A stretch of 64,000 nt of DNA, taken from Escherichia coli O157:H7 (GTDB taxonomy: Bacteria; Pseudomonadota; Gammaproteobacteria; Enterobacterales; Enterobacteriaceae). The notes beneath the pieces were generated by a model. That model was given only the letters and a program-made list of their open reading frames with translations. It ran no database searches and was not told the origin of the DNA. Location of the stretch: NCBI RefSeq assembly GCF_013167455.1, contig NZ_CP038328.1; one strand, written 5' to 3'. Numbering within the stretch: position 1 is the stretch's first letter; each line of letters begins with the position of its first letter. Below are positions 1-15,465 of this stretch, piece after piece. The position numbers were made by a program, and so were the translations under genes.

Positions 1-794
1 CAGCGCGAAAGATAAGGTGCCAATCCTTCTTGTTCGAAGAGTTCCAGCGCCGCGCGTAATTCACGTATTAGCATGGCCGCCAACGTATTACGATCGAGAT
101 TGATCCCCGCTTCCTGCAGCGTGATCCACCCCTGATTAACGACACTCTCTTCAACACGACGCATTGCCATGTTGATCCCGGCTCCAATGACTATTTGCGC
201 CGCATCGCCGGTTTTGCCAGTCAGCTCCACAAGAATGCCTGCCAGCTTGCGATCCTGCAGATAGAGGTCATTAGGCCATTTGACACGAACTTTATCTGCT
301 CCCAGCTTGCGTAATACTTCCGCCATCACGATACCGATAACCAGACTTAAACCAATCGCCGCCGCCGGGCCTTGTTCCAGACGCCAGAACATCGACAAAT
401 ATAAGTTTGCGCCAAAAGGCGAAAACCATTTCCGACCCCGGCGACCACGGCCAGCCTGCTGGTATTCTGCAACGCAGGCATCGCCCGATTTAAGCTCTCC
501 GATACGATCAAGAAGGTACTGATTCGTGGAGTCAATCACTGGCAGCACAGTTACACTACCGCCATCCAGCTGACCCAATATCTGTTCAGCATTAAGTAAC
601 TGGATAGGCTCAGGCAGGCTGTATCCTTTACCCGGAACGGTAAAGACATCAACGCCCCAGTCACGCAGTGTCTGAATGTGTTTATTAATAGCCGCCCGGC
701 TCATTCCTAACGTTTCACCCAACTGCTCACCTGAGTGAAATTCGCCATTCGCTAACAGCGCGATTAATTTCAGTGGCACGGTGTTATCCTTCAT
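1..794 (-). CDS. birA: biotin-[acetyl-CoA-carboxylase] ligase / bio operon repressor BirA, N-terminal part (3' end beyond window start)
   Basis: Minus-strand frame from ATG at 794-792, overlapping the murB stop, translates [50 protein letters not shown], recognised as the BirA N-terminus; not in the ORF track because it runs off the window. Confidence 0.9.
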   Translation of the reverse strand, partial: MKDNTVPLKLIALLANGEFHSGEQLGETLGMSRAAINKHIQTLRDWGVDVFTVPGKGYSLPEPIQLLNAEQILGQLDGGSVTVLPVIDSTNQYLLDRIGELKSGDACVAEYQQAGRGRRGRKWFSPFGANLYLSMFWRLEQGPAAAIGLSLVIGIVMAEVLRKLGADKVRVKWPNDLYLQDRKLAGILVELTGKTGDAAQIVIGAGINMAMRRVEESVVNQGWITLQEAGINLDRNTLAAMLIRELRAALELFEQEGLAPYLSR

Positions 795-1819
795 GAAATT
801 GTCTCCACTGCGCTCACTTCACCTGATGCACCAATAAAGCGGACTTCAGGCTCAAGCCAGACATTAAATTTTTCACCCACTTTTTGTCTTACATGGTGTG
901 CCAGTTGCACCACATCTTCGCTTTTTGCATTGTCTTCATTAATGAGAACTAACGCCTGTTGACGGTGCACCGCAACCCCACCCATTTGCATCCCTTTTAG
1001 CTGGCACTGATCGATAAGCCAACCTGCTGCCAGTTTTACTGAACCATCCGCCTGGGGGTAATTTGGTGCTGTTGGAAATTGTGACAGTAATGCTTTAGCC
1101 GTTTCGGCAGATACAACAGGGTTTTTGAAGAAACTACCGGCATTGCCATTCACTTTTGGATCAGGGAGTTTGGTGGTGCGCATATGACACACCGCATCAA
1201 ATACTTGCTGTGGCGTTACTGTTGTAGGATCCAGACGAGTTAAGTCACCATACGTTAGTACAGGTTGCCACTCTTTTGGCAGACGCAGACCTACGGCTAC
1301 AATGGCGAAGCGGTCCTGGTATTCATGTTTAAAAATACTGTCGCGATAGCCAAAACGGCACTCTTTGGCAGTTAAGCGCACTTGCTTGCCTGTCGCCAGT
1401 TCAACACAATCAACATAAGCGCAAACTCGCTGTAATTCTACGCCATAAGCACCAATATTCTGGATAGGTGATGAGCCGACACAACCAGGAATTAATGCCA
1501 GATTTTCCAGACCAGGCATACCTTCCTGCAAAGTGTATTTTACCAGGCGATGCCAGTTTTCTCCGGCTCCTACATGTAAATACCACGCATCAGGTTCATC
1601 ATGAATTTCGATACCTTTGATCCGGTTGATGATCACCGTGCCGCGATAGTCTTCCAGAAAAAGTACATTACTTCCTTCACCCAGAATAAGAACGGGTTGC
1701 CCTTCTGCGGTTGCATGCTGCCAGGCATTGAGTAGTTGTTGTTCGTCTTCGGCACATACAATGTGCTGAGCATTATGATCAATGCCAAATGTGTTCCAGG
1801 GTTTTAAGGAGTGGTTCAT
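791..1819 (-). CDS. murB: UDP-N-acetylenolpyruvoylglucosamine reductase
   Basis: 342-aa [33 protein letters not shown]; position between rrn operon and birA. Confidence 0.95.
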   Translation of the reverse strand: MNHSLKPWNTFGIDHNAQHIVCAEDEQQLLNAWQHATAEGQPVLILGEGSNVLFLEDYRGTVIINRIKGIEIHDEPDAWYLHVGAGENWHRLVKYTLQEGMPGLENLALIPGCVGSSPIQNIGAYGVELQRVCAYVDCVELATGKQVRLTAKECRFGYRDSIFKHEYQDRFAIVAVGLRLPKEWQPVLTYGDLTRLDPTTVTPQQVFDAVCHMRTTKLPDPKVNGNAGSFFKNPVVSAETAKALLSQFPTAPNYPQADGSVKLAAGWLIDQCQLKGMQMGGVAVHRQQALVLINEDNAKSEDVVQLAHHVRQKVGEKFNVWLEPEVRFIGASGEVSAVETIS

Positions 1820-1912
1820 AGCTGCTTTCCTGATGCAAAAACGAGGCTAGTTTACCGTATCTGTGGGGGGATGGCTTGTAGTTATGACGACAGGGAGAGT
1901 TTGTAGAAACGC

Positions 1913-1939
1913 AAAAAGGCCCAGTCTTCCGACCGGGCC
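1913..1939 (-). terminator. rho-independent terminator downstream of 5S rRNA
   Basis: On the minus strand GGCCCGGTCGGAAGACTGGGCC hairpin followed by TTTTTGCG, immediately 3' of the 5S gene. Confidence 0.7.
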
Positions 1940-1953
1940 TTCTGCTTAATTTG

Positions 1954-2073
1954 ATGCCTGGCAGTTCCCTACTCTCGCATGGGGAGACCCCACACTACCA
2001 TCGGCGCTACGGCGTTTCACTTCTGAGTTCGGCATGGGGTCAGGTGGGACCACCGCGCTAAGGCCGCCAGGCA
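1954..2073 (-). rRNA. rrfB: 5S ribosomal RNA
   Basis: 120-nt reverse-complement match to E. coli 5S (TGCCTGGCGGCC...GGAACTGCCAGGCAT). Confidence 0.97.
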
Positions 2074-2165
2074 AATTCTGTTTTATCAGACCGCTTCTGC
2101 GTTCTGATTTAATCTGTATCAGGCCGAAAATCTTCTCTCATCCGCCAAAACACCTTCGGCGTTGT

Positions 2166-5070
<2,905 letters not shown>

Positions 5071-5263
5071 TCACAACCCGAAGATGTTTCTTTCGATTCA
5101 TCATCGTGTTGCGAAAATTTGAGAGACTCACGAACAACTCTCGTTGTTCAGTGTTTCAATTTTCAGCTTGATCCAGATTTTTAAAGAGCAAATATCTCAA
5201 ACATCACCCGAAGATGAGTTTTGAGATATTAAGGTCGGCGACTTTCACTCACAAACCAGCAAG

Positions 5264-5339
5264 TGGCGTCCCCTAGGGGATTCGAACCCCTGTTACCGCC
5301 GTGAAAGGGCGGTGTCCTGGGCCTCTAGACGAAGGGGAC
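5264..5339 (-). tRNA. gltT: tRNA-Glu in the 16S-23S spacer
   Basis: Reverse complement GTCCCCTTCGTCTAGAGGCCCAGGACACCGCCCTTTCACGGCGGTAACAGGGGTTCGAATCCCCTAGGGGACGCCA, 76 nt. Confidence 0.97.
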
Positions 5340-5424
5340 GTATCAGTCTGCTTCGCAAGACGCCTTGCTTTTCACTTTCTATCAGACAATCTGTGTGAGC
5401 ACTGCAAAGTACGCTTCTTTAAGG

Positions 5425-6966
<1,542 letters not shown>

Positions 6967-7097
6967 AAAAGTTTGATGCTCAAAGAATTAAACTTCGTAA
7001 TGAATTACGTGTTCACTCTTGAGACTTGGTATTCATTTTTCGTCTTGCGACGTTAAGAATCCGTATCTTCGAGTGCCCACACAGATTGTCTGATAAA

Positions 7098-7110
7098 TTG
7101 TTAAAGAGCA
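7098..7110 (-). promoter_or_regulatory. boxA antitermination element in rrn leader
   Basis: Minus-strand TGCTCTTTAACAA between the promoters and 16S. Confidence 0.75.
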
Positions 7111-7144
7111 GTTGCGACGCGGCTTTCAGCTCACTGTCGCGAGG

Positions 7145-7322
7145 TGGCGTATATTACGCTTTCCCGCTACAGAGTCAAGCATTTATTTTTGCTTTCTCTG
7201 TCGGAATTCTCAGGAGAACCCCGCTGACCCGGCGGCGTGTTTGCCGTTGTTCCGTGTCAGTGGTGGCGCATTATAGGGAGTTATTCCGGCCTGACAAGAG
7301 GAAATTTAAAATAATTTTCCGA
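7145..7322 (-). promoter_or_regulatory. rRNA operon tandem promoters P1 and P2 with upstream AT-rich UP element
   Basis: Minus strand: P1 TTGTCA (7297-7292) and TATAAT (7275-7270) preceded by AGAAAATTATTTTAAATTTCCT; P2 TTGACT (7178-7173) and TAATAT around 7156-7151. Confidence 0.8.
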
Positions 7323-7342
7323 CCGCGCAACATTCAACCAAA

Positions 7343-8200
7343 TCAGCCTAAAACTGCCAGTTTTTCGAGCGTTTCGAAGCCGTAACGCTGTAAAACGGGC
7401 AATAATTGTTCAGCTTCTGGCGTCATTGCCATACAAAAGGCAATATTCGCATCGGCAGATTTTGCATCCGGGGCTTCATGTTCTAACAACCAGGCCGTTC
7501 GGCGAGCAATCGCTGCGCCAGAATCCACCAGCCGGGTTCCCTCTGGCAGCACTTGTAACAGTTCTTCTTGTAGTAGAGGGAAATGGGTGCAACCCAATAC
7601 AACGGTATCTGGCGGCTCTTTCATTCTTAACCACGGGCGTAGGATACGTTTTAGTGCATCCAGAGAAACATCTTCGCCATGCAGCTTCGCTTCAGCCAAC
7701 TCAACCATCTCTGCCGAGCCCAGCATTTCTATCTGGCATTCATTAGCGAAACGCGCGATCAGCTCATGAGTATAAGAACGTTTAACTGTTCCGCGGGTTG
7801 CCAGTAATCCGACAATGCCATTTGCCGTCAGACGTGCAGCAGGTTTAATCGCCGGCACGACACCAACAACCGGGAAGTCGAACTTTTCGCGTAATGCAGG
7901 AAGTGAAACGGTACTGGCAGTGTTGCAAGCGACCACAGCCAGCGCAAGGGGATAACGTTCTTGCACCGCGGTGACAATTGCCACCACTCGCTCAACAATA
8001 AACGCTTCGCTTTTTTCGCCATACGGGAAAGCGACGTTATCGAAAGCATAAATGTAATGGAGATCCGGTAAGAGATGCCGGATCTCGTCATAGACCGACA
8101 ACCCACCGACGCCGGAGTCAAACACCAGCACGGTGGGACGTGGTTCAGAAGGTGTAGCTGCCAGACAAGGTGTATTCCCGTCCTGCAGTTTGGTAGCCAT
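7343..8200 (-). CDS. murI: glutamate racemase
   Basis: ORF track 7343..8212; start placed at ATG 8200 ([20 protein letters not shown]), recognised MurI N-terminus, 285 aa. Confidence 0.93.
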   Translation of the reverse strand: MATKLQDGNTPCLAATPSEPRPTVLVFDSGVGGLSVYDEIRHLLPDLHYIYAFDNVAFPYGEKSEAFIVERVVAIVTAVQERYPLALAVVACNTASTVSLPALREKFDFPVVGVVPAIKPAARLTANGIVGLLATRGTVKRSYTHELIARFANECQIEMLGSAEMVELAEAKLHGEDVSLDALKRILRPWLRMKEPPDTVVLGCTHFPLLQEELLQVLPEGTRLVDSGAAIARRTAWLLEHEAPDAKSADANIAFCMAMTPEAEQLLPVLQRYGFETLEKLAVLG

Positions 8201-9989
8201 AGACTGTCTCATAATCTTTGTCGAACAGGTTGGCTATTTTACCACGAACTGTCAGGTGAGAGGTGACCGGATACGCAACCGCAAGATCCCACAAGCTCAC
8301 ACCGCCCATTTTAACGGTTTGATAAGGATAAGATGAGTAATCCTTATCATAGCGAGTGCCTAAATACTGATAAGTAATACCCCAGTCGAAGTCATACAAC
8401 TGCCAGTCGAGCTGGTATTTCACCTGCTGTTTAGCACGGCGTAACAACGGCGTGTCGGTAATTGCATTGCGCGCATCGACATAATCATAACTCACAGTAT
8501 GCGTCAGTGGTCCGGTATCAAAATTGGCGGTCGCCTCGACGCCCTTAATCCGCGCTTTCCCTTCGTTGTAATATTTCAGGGTGTGATCATCATAATCGAT
8601 CAAGTCACTGACATCGTTACGATATCCGGAAATACGCCAGTTCACCCCAGCGGTTAAGCCTTCAAACGCGCCTTCCCACTGTTTGCTTTTCTCCGGGTCC
8701 AGATTCGGATTTCCGTAGAAGCCATACAGTTGCCCCAGATTTGGTGCCTTATAAGATGTCCCGTAGGAAGCAATGAAGCGATAACCTTCGATGAATTCCC
8801 AACCGGCGCTGGTTTGCCAGGTTCCATGACGACCAAACTGTGAGTTATCGTCGCTGCGTGCTGCGCCTTCAAAGGTAAAATCGCCGACTTGTTGCAGCCC
8901 GGTCAGATAGATGCCGGTATTACGTTGATCATATCCATCCTTAACATAAGCTGTGCCCGGTGCCGTGCTCTGCTTCTGCCAGTCAACACCCGCACCAACA
9001 TTACCGTGGCCAATGATGATGTTGTTTGCCCACTGGACGGTGTATTGCTTCATCTCATCGAGCGTCGCCGACGAATCATAACGACCATAATGGGGATCGT
9101 AGTTGTAATCTTTGCTATGGCTATAGCTGGTAATGAGTTGTGATTTAATCAGTTCGCCGTTATATCGCAGCCCGGCGTCCCAACTTTGACTATAGAGTTT
9201 ACGGGTATCGACCAATGGTGAACCCGGAGAATAATACGCGTCATAATTGGTACGGTTATCATAGCCATAGCCGCGCACAAAGCCGCTCCAGGCATCAGTA
9301 AAGTTATGCTCCAGCGCGCCATAAAGCGTTTTACTTAAAAAACCATCGTTATCTGGCTGCGCTTGCGTTCCGGTATTACCATAGGCAACAACATCATAAC
9401 CATGAGTATGGGCATAATCGCCCAACAACGTTACTCGTGTCTTATCCCCCAGTTGTTGCTGTGTAGAGACATCATAGTTTTGATAACTATTGCTTCCCCA
9501 CCCTGCTGAAATTTCCGTTCCGGGTTCATCGCGCGTCGTGATGATATTCACCACCCCACCTATTGCATCGGAACCATAAACGGCGGAGCGTGGCCCACGG
9601 ATATATTCAACACGCTGGACAAGCGCAATAGGGAACTGGCTAAGGTCGGCAGAACCACTCCCCCCCGCCAGATTCAGGCGTACGCCATCAATTAACACCA
9701 ACACATGACTGGCATTTGTACCGCGAATAAAAATAGATGAGAGCTGACCTGAACCGCCGTTTTGGGTGATATCGACGCCCGGAAGACGGCGCAGCACATC
9801 ATTAACCGAGGTCGACTGCCAGCGGTCGATATCCTGACGCGTCACAACGGTGGTTGGTGCAAGCACAGTGCTGCGCGGCTGTTCAAAACGGTTAGCAGTA
9901 ACGACGAGAGTATCCGGGCTGGTATCCTGTGCCCAAGCGGAAAAGGCTGTGACAGAACACGCCGTCAGCAGCGAAGCTTTTTTAATCAT
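8145..9989 (-). CDS. btuB: TonB-dependent vitamin B12 outer membrane transporter
   Basis: ORF track 8145..10034; start placed at ATG 9989 ([10 protein letters not shown], signal peptide), ends ...TLSGSYTF; 3' end overlaps murI start. Confidence 0.95.
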   Translation of the reverse strand: MIKKASLLTACSVTAFSAWAQDTSPDTLVVTANRFEQPRSTVLAPTTVVTRQDIDRWQSTSVNDVLRRLPGVDITQNGGSGQLSSIFIRGTNASHVLVLIDGVRLNLAGGSGSADLSQFPIALVQRVEYIRGPRSAVYGSDAIGGVVNIITTRDEPGTEISAGWGSNSYQNYDVSTQQQLGDKTRVTLLGDYAHTHGYDVVAYGNTGTQAQPDNDGFLSKTLYGALEHNFTDAWSGFVRGYGYDNRTNYDAYYSPGSPLVDTRKLYSQSWDAGLRYNGELIKSQLITSYSHSKDYNYDPHYGRYDSSATLDEMKQYTVQWANNIIIGHGNVGAGVDWQKQSTAPGTAYVKDGYDQRNTGIYLTGLQQVGDFTFEGAARSDDNSQFGRHGTWQTSAGWEFIEGYRFIASYGTSYKAPNLGQLYGFYGNPNLDPEKSKQWEGAFEGLTAGVNWRISGYRNDVSDLIDYDDHTLKYYNEGKARIKGVEATANFDTGPLTHTVSYDYVDARNAITDTPLLRRAKQQVKYQLDWQLYDFDWGITYQYLGTRYDKDYSSYPYQTVKMGGVSLWDLAVAYPVTSHLTVRGKIANLFDKDYETVYGYQTAGREYTLSGSYTF

Positions 9990-10229
9990 TGTAAAGCATC
10001 CACAATAGAAGAAGGATGCCGCAGGTTTCATCAATATTACGCGATGATGAGAACCAGATGCGACGTTGGCCGGCAGGTCTTCGGGCTTGGAGGGGTATCT
10101 AAGATACTAAGAGATGATGACTTCCCACCGAATGGCAGTGTCCGCATAACGCAATCATCGCACCTTTCCTTACCGCTGCGCGTCAGCTCCAGATTCGCAC
10201 TGGATTCCCTATTAACTCACAGGACCGGC
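9990..10229 (-). ncRNA. btuB leader containing cobalamin (adenosylcobalamin) riboswitch
   Basis: About 240-nt 5' leader, minus strand GCCGGTCCTGTGAGTTAATAGGGAATCCAGTGCGAATCTGGAGCTGACGCGCAGCGGTAAGGAAAGGTGCGATGATTGCG..., recognised as the btuB leader. Confidence 0.85.
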
Positions 10230-10357
10230 AAGTGGATGCTACAGGTTGTAACAAGTTACTGTCCAGACGTAGCTCACAAATAGGAATTCATCAAGATCTG
10301 GACATCTGATGAGCAATCCCTACAATCGCCGCGTACTTTAATTTTTCAGGATACATC

Positions 10358-11458
10358 ATGACCCCCGAACACCTTCCAACAGAACAGTATGAAGCGCAGT
10401 TAGCCGAAAAAGTGGTACGTTTGCAAAGTATGATGGCACCGTTTTCTGACCTGGTTCCGGAAGTGTTTCGCTCGCCGGTCAGTCATTACCGGATGCGTGC
10501 GGAGTTCCGCATCTGGCACGATGGCGATGACCTGTACCACATCATTTTCGATCAACAAACCAAAAGCCGTATCCGGGTGGATAGCTTCCCCGCCGCCAGT
10601 GAACTCATCAACCAGTTGATGACGGCGATGATTGCGGGTGTGCGTAATAATCCCGTTCTGCGCCACAAGTTGTTCCAGATTGATTACCTCACCACGCTGA
10701 GTAATCAGGCGGTGGTTTCCCTGCTGTACCATAAAAAGCTGGATGATGAGTGGCGTCAGGAAGCGGAAGCCCTGCGCGATGCACTGCGCGCGCAGAATCT
10801 GAATGTGCATCTGATTGGTCGGGCAACGAAAACCAAAATCGCGCTGGATCAAGATTACATCGACGAGCGTCTGCCGGTCGCAGGGAAAGAGATGATCTAT
10901 CGTCAGGTAGAAAACAGCTTTACCCAGCCGAACGCGGCGATGAATATTCAGATGCTGGAATGGGCGCTGGACGTAACCAAAGGCTCAAAAGGCGATTTAC
11001 TGGAGCTGTACTGCGGCAACGGTAACTTCTCATTAGCGCTGGCGCGCAATTTTGATCGGGTATTAGCCACCGAAATCGCCAAGCCATCAGTCGCTGCCGC
11101 GCAATACAACATTGCCGCTAACCATATTGATAACGTACAAATTATTCGTATGGCGGCAGAAGAATTTACTCAGGCGATGAATGGCGTGCGCGAGTTTAAC
11201 CGCCTGCAAGGGATCGACTTAAAGAGTTATCAGTGCGAAACCATTTTTGTCGACCCACCTCGCAGCGGTCTGGACAGTGAAACCGAGAAAATGGTGCAGG
11301 CGTATCCACGTATTCTGTATATCTCCTGCAATCCGGAAACGTTATGCAAAAATCTGGAAACATTAAGCCAGACGCACAAGGTCGAACGTCTGGCTCTGTT
11401 TGATCAGTTCCCCTACACGCACCATATGGAGTGCGGCGTATTACTGACCGCGAAGTAA
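10358..11458 (+). CDS. trmA: tRNA (uracil54-C5)-methyltransferase
   Basis: 366-aa [35 protein letters not shown]. Confidence 0.95.
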   Translation: MTPEHLPTEQYEAQLAEKVVRLQSMMAPFSDLVPEVFRSPVSHYRMRAEFRIWHDGDDLYHIIFDQQTKSRIRVDSFPAASELINQLMTAMIAGVRNNPVLRHKLFQIDYLTTLSNQAVVSLLYHKKLDDEWRQEAEALRDALRAQNLNVHLIGRATKTKIALDQDYIDERLPVAGKEMIYRQVENSFTQPNAAMNIQMLEWALDVTKGSKGDLLELYCGNGNFSLALARNFDRVLATEIAKPSVAAAQYNIAANHIDNVQIIRMAAEEFTQAMNGVREFNRLQGIDLKSYQCETIFVDPPRSGLDSETEKMVQAYPRILYISCNPETLCKNLETLSQTHKVERLALFDQFPYTHHMECGVLLTAK

Positions 11459-11463
11459 AACCC

Positions 11464-11489
11464 ATGCCGGATGCGCCAGCATCCGGCAT
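11464..11489. repeat. REP-like palindrome between convergent trmA and yijD
   Basis: ATGCCGGATGCGCCAGCATCCGGCAT perfect palindrome. Confidence 0.7.
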
Positions 11490-11497
11490 GATACCGA

Positions 11498-11857
11498 TTA
11501 CTCAGCAACTTCCTGCTTACGGTTACGCATCTTCGCGCCAATCCAGAACACCATAATGACGGAGAGTACTGCCGGGAAGAAGTTAGAGCCGATATCCGGA
11601 TATTCCGCACGAACTACCGTGCTGTACAGCAGTACGCCGAGAATAAAACAGGCAGCTGCCAGACCCGGCAAGCCTACCGGCATGGTGCGATTAAGATAAC
11701 GTTGATGCAGGCAGTAAACCGTCAGCACCAGGGAAATAATCGGGAATACAGAAAATGGCACAATGGAGCTAAACAGCGCTGCGAAAGTACCATTAATCGA
11801 TAAGCCAGCAACCAACGCCAGCAGCAGCGTACCTCTATCTTGATTTGCTTGTTTCAT
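11498..11857 (-). CDS. yijD: inner membrane protein YijD
   Basis: 119-aa hydrophobic [32 protein letters not shown]; synteny downstream of fabR. Confidence 0.9.
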
Positions 11858-12504
11858 TACTCGTCCTTCACATTTCCCGGAATAATTGCGGTTTTCTCTT
11901 GTTCACGGCGATACCAGTAATAAGCCCCTTTCGAAATCATTCGCAGTTGCAGTACCAGTCGCTCTTCTAATTGCCGACGTTGTTCAACGCCGACGTCCAA
12001 CGCCTCGGCACCCGCACTGAAGACAATTGTCACCATTGCTTCGGCTTGCGCTTCAGTAAACGCACGCGGCATATGGTTTTCGAGTTCCAGATAGTCCGCA
12101 AGTTCCGCAATGAAGTGCTGAATTTCACGCGCAACGGCGGCACGAAACGCAGCGGAGGTGCCGGAGCGTTCCCGCAATAATAACCGGAAGGCGTTAGGAT
12201 TATTACCGATGAACTCCATAAATGTGGAGACCGAGGTGCGGATCACACTCCCGCCTTTGGCGATACGCTGACGCGCCTGGCGCATGAGTTGGCGTAGCAT
12301 TAAACCGCTCTCATCAACCATGGTCAGACCCAGTTCGTCTACGTCTCGGAAATGCCGATAAAAAGAGGTGGGAGCAATGCCCGCTTCACGCGCCACTTCA
12401 CGCAAACTCAGGCTGGCGAAGCTGCGTTCAGCACTTAATTGGCTAAATGCGGCTTCCACCAGCGAACGGCGGGTTTTTTCTTTTTGTTGCGCTCTTACGC
12501 CCAT
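11857..12504 (-). CDS. fabR: TetR-family repressor of unsaturated fatty acid biosynthesis FabR
   Basis: ORF track 11857..12600; start placed at ATG 12504 ([20 protein letters not shown]), 215 aa. Confidence 0.9.
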
Positions 12505-12610
12505 CACGATGTCTGAATCCTTGCCAAAAGTACTGCTGGCACTATACCAGAGAATGAACATACTGGATTGCTCCAGTATTGTGAATGAACGGTAACGCAA
12601 TAAAACATAT

Positions 12611-13927
12611 TTACTGCAATTCTTTGGCCGGTTCTTTTACGTACAACAACGCCAACATCGACAGCAACGTGCCTCCACCCAGATACCACGCCGGAGCCGT
12701 CAAACTATCCAGCAACACGATGGATTGCGTAGCGAAATATTGAGCAAAACCGCCAAAGATTGCCACACCAATGCTATAAACCAGCGCAAAACCCAATGCC
12801 CGAATCCGTTTCGGCAACAGTTCAGAGATCAACAACATCACTGGCACACCGCCAAGCGTGGTAAAGCTGACCATCACGAAAACCACCGTCAGCAACATGC
12901 CTGGGCTTGGGTAATTCACCAACAGCCAGAATGACGGCCAGCTACAGATCAGCACCATCACACGGGAGATTAAAATCAGCTTTTTACGCCCGACCGAATC
13001 GCACAACATCCCCACCAGCAGCGCACCCACAAACGTAATAACGCCCGCCAGTAACATCGCTGCATGAGAATAGTTTTGGTTCATTCCTAAATACTTCGCC
13101 GCCCATGTACCGTAATAAAAGAGGGAGATATAGGTTGCGACTGTACTACCAATAGCGAGCAAGATACCGTTAGCGATAGTCGCTTTATGTTGCATAAGTA
13201 AGGAGAAGGCGCTTTCGCTGGCTGCGGCCTTCTTATTATGTGCTGGCTCAGGAACATCATTTTCCAGACTCAAACGCAACCAACAGCCGACAGGCGCTAA
13301 TAACACGCCAATAAAAAACGGCACACGCCAGCCCCATTCAGCCATGACGGTTTCTGAACCGGTCGCAAAGGGCAGCCATGCACTTAAACCTAAAGCGACA
13401 ACACCTCCAAAAGTTGTTGCCAGGCCTTGAGTCGCCAGTGACCAACTGCTGTAAAAACCGCGACGATTTGCCGGAGCTGATTCAACCAACAAAGACATTG
13501 AGGCACCGACTTCGCCTCCTGCCGCAACGCCCTGAATTAGACGCGCTAGCACCAGCGTCGCGGTTCCCCAATAGCCCGCCGTTTCATACGTCGGTGCGAT
13601 GCCGATCATCAGTGTACCAAGACTCATCAGCGCAATGGTGAACACCATCGCGGGTTTGCGTCCGAAACGATCGGCCCAGGCCCCCACAATAATGCCGCCG
13701 AGCGGGCGCATAAAAAAGCTCACGCCGAAAGTGGCAAACGCCAGCAGTAGCGCGACGTTTTTATCTGCACTGGGCGGAAAAAATAGCGTGCTGATATAGA
13801 CCACAAAAAAGTTGTAAACGCCAAAATCAAAAAATTCGAGCGCATTGCCAAACGCCGAGGCAAAAATCACCCGCCTGCCGCTGGGCTTTTTCTTCACACT
13901 CACGGTTTCATTTACGATCGCCGTCAT
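12611..13927 (-). CDS. MFS transporter, metabolite:H+ symporter (MHS)-like
   Basis: 438-aa ORF with multiple TM segments and a GWRVPFF motif as in ProP/KgtP-type MFS proteins; to my recollection absent from the K-12 fabR-sthA interval. Confidence 0.85.
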
Positions 13928-13969
13928 TCCATGTTCCTTGCCAAAAAGTGTTGTTGTGTGTTGTTTTAT

Positions 13970-15136
13970 TTATTGCAGCCAGGCTTCTACCAGTGCGCCC
14001 CAGTAGCTGCTTGCCGGGACCAGACTTGCATCGTTGAAGTCGTAACCCGGGTTATGCACCATGCAGGAACCTTCCCCGACATCGCCATTACCGAATAACA
14101 GGAAACCGCCTTTGGGTTGGGCTTCCAGCATGAAAGAGAAATCTTCACTGCCCATCAGGGGCTTGATGCCAAACTCGGCCCGATCTTCACCAAACGTTTT
14201 ACACGCCACCTGCCAGGCGAAGCGCGCCATCTCCTCGTCATTTACTAATACTGGTGTACCGTTAACATGCGTAACCTCAGCCGTAGCGCCAAAGCTGGCA
14301 GCCTGGGCTTGTGCCAGAGCAGGAATACGGGTCAGAAGAAGTTGTCGGGTATCGCGGCTAAGAGAGCGGACGCTGATTTTCATCTCAGCACTGTCAGGAA
14401 TGACGTTAGCCGCCTCACCCGCAACAATGCTGCCGACGGTAATTACCGCCGCTTCCAGCGGATCGACATTGCGTGACACAATGCTTTGTAATGCGGTGGT
14501 GATATGTGCGGCAACTAGCACCGGATCGATGGCTTTGTGCGGGATCGCACCGTGTCCGCCACAACCACGAACTGTAATATGGAACTGATCCATTGACGCC
14601 ATCAGTGCCCCTGGCTGGAAATAAAACTTACCCACCGGCAGACCGGGCATGTTATGCATGCCGAAAATGACATCGCAGGGGAAATGATCAAAAAGCCCCT
14701 CTTTAACCATGATCTCACCGCCATTAATCATCTCTTCCGCAGGCTGGAAGATAAGACGTAACGTGCCGTTAAAACGGCGGGTTTCGGCAAAATAACGCGC
14801 GGCCCCCAGCAGTATGGTGGTATGCCCGTCATGCCCGCAGGCGTGCATTAAACCAGGATGTTTACTGGCCCAGGGCTTGCCACTATTTTCATAAATCGGC
14901 AGCGCATCCATATCCGCCCGCAGGCCAATACTTTTCTCTCCGTCGCCCACTTTTAACGTGGCCACTATCCCCGTCGTCGCCAGTCCTTGCTCTACTTCAT
15001 AGCCCCACTGACGCAGCTTTTCCGCAACCAAAGCACTGGTTTTAAATTCTTGTAATCCCAGCTCCGGGTTTTCGTGGATCTGATGGCGGATCTCACGCAG
15101 TTCTTCCTCAAACCCTCGAATATAGTGTTCGATCAT
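13970..15136 (-). CDS. M20-family amidohydrolase (hippurate hydrolase / N-acyl-amino-acid amidohydrolase-like)
   Basis: 388-aa ORF with HACGHDGH metal-binding motif typical of peptidase M20D; directly upstream and co-oriented with the MFS gene. Confidence 0.85.
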   Translation of the reverse strand: MIEHYIRGFEEELREIRHQIHENPELGLQEFKTSALVAEKLRQWGYEVEQGLATTGIVATLKVGDGEKSIGLRADMDALPIYENSGKPWASKHPGLMHACGHDGHTTILLGAARYFAETRRFNGTLRLIFQPAEEMINGGEIMVKEGLFDHFPCDVIFGMHNMPGLPVGKFYFQPGALMASMDQFHITVRGCGGHGAIPHKAIDPVLVAAHITTALQSIVSRNVDPLEAAVITVGSIVAGEAANVIPDSAEMKISVRSLSRDTRQLLLTRIPALAQAQAASFGATAEVTHVNGTPVLVNDEEMARFAWQVACKTFGEDRAEFGIKPLMGSEDFSFMLEAQPKGGFLLFGNGDVGEGSCMVHNPGYDFNDASLVPASSYWGALVEAWLQ

Positions 15137-15465
15137 CGGCTATTCCTTTATTCACTTATAAACAGGCTAATTAACGGATTTTATTGATGGTGTAAATACA
15201 AATAACTCATCAATATAAAATATTTATATGTTTGTTTTATAAGAAGATTTCACAAAGACAATAACAAAAAAGCACGCTTCGGCAAGATAAAACTATCAGC
15301 CATAATAAAAAGCGATTAATAGTGAATAAATGGGTTAAGAAGGAGGCAGACAAAGCAAAGGCCGCTCACGCTATAGCCAGATTAATGACGGGGATCAATT
15401 GGCTTACCCGCGATAAAATGTTACCATTCTGTTGCTTTTATGTATAAGAACAGGTAAGCCCTACC

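Noticed and set aside
1954-2073. Single-base differences in 5S rRNA relative to the canonical sequence I recall (for example GGCCTTAGCGCGG)
   Set aside because: Known polymorphic positions among rrf copies; not distinguishable from normal allelic variation without an alignment.
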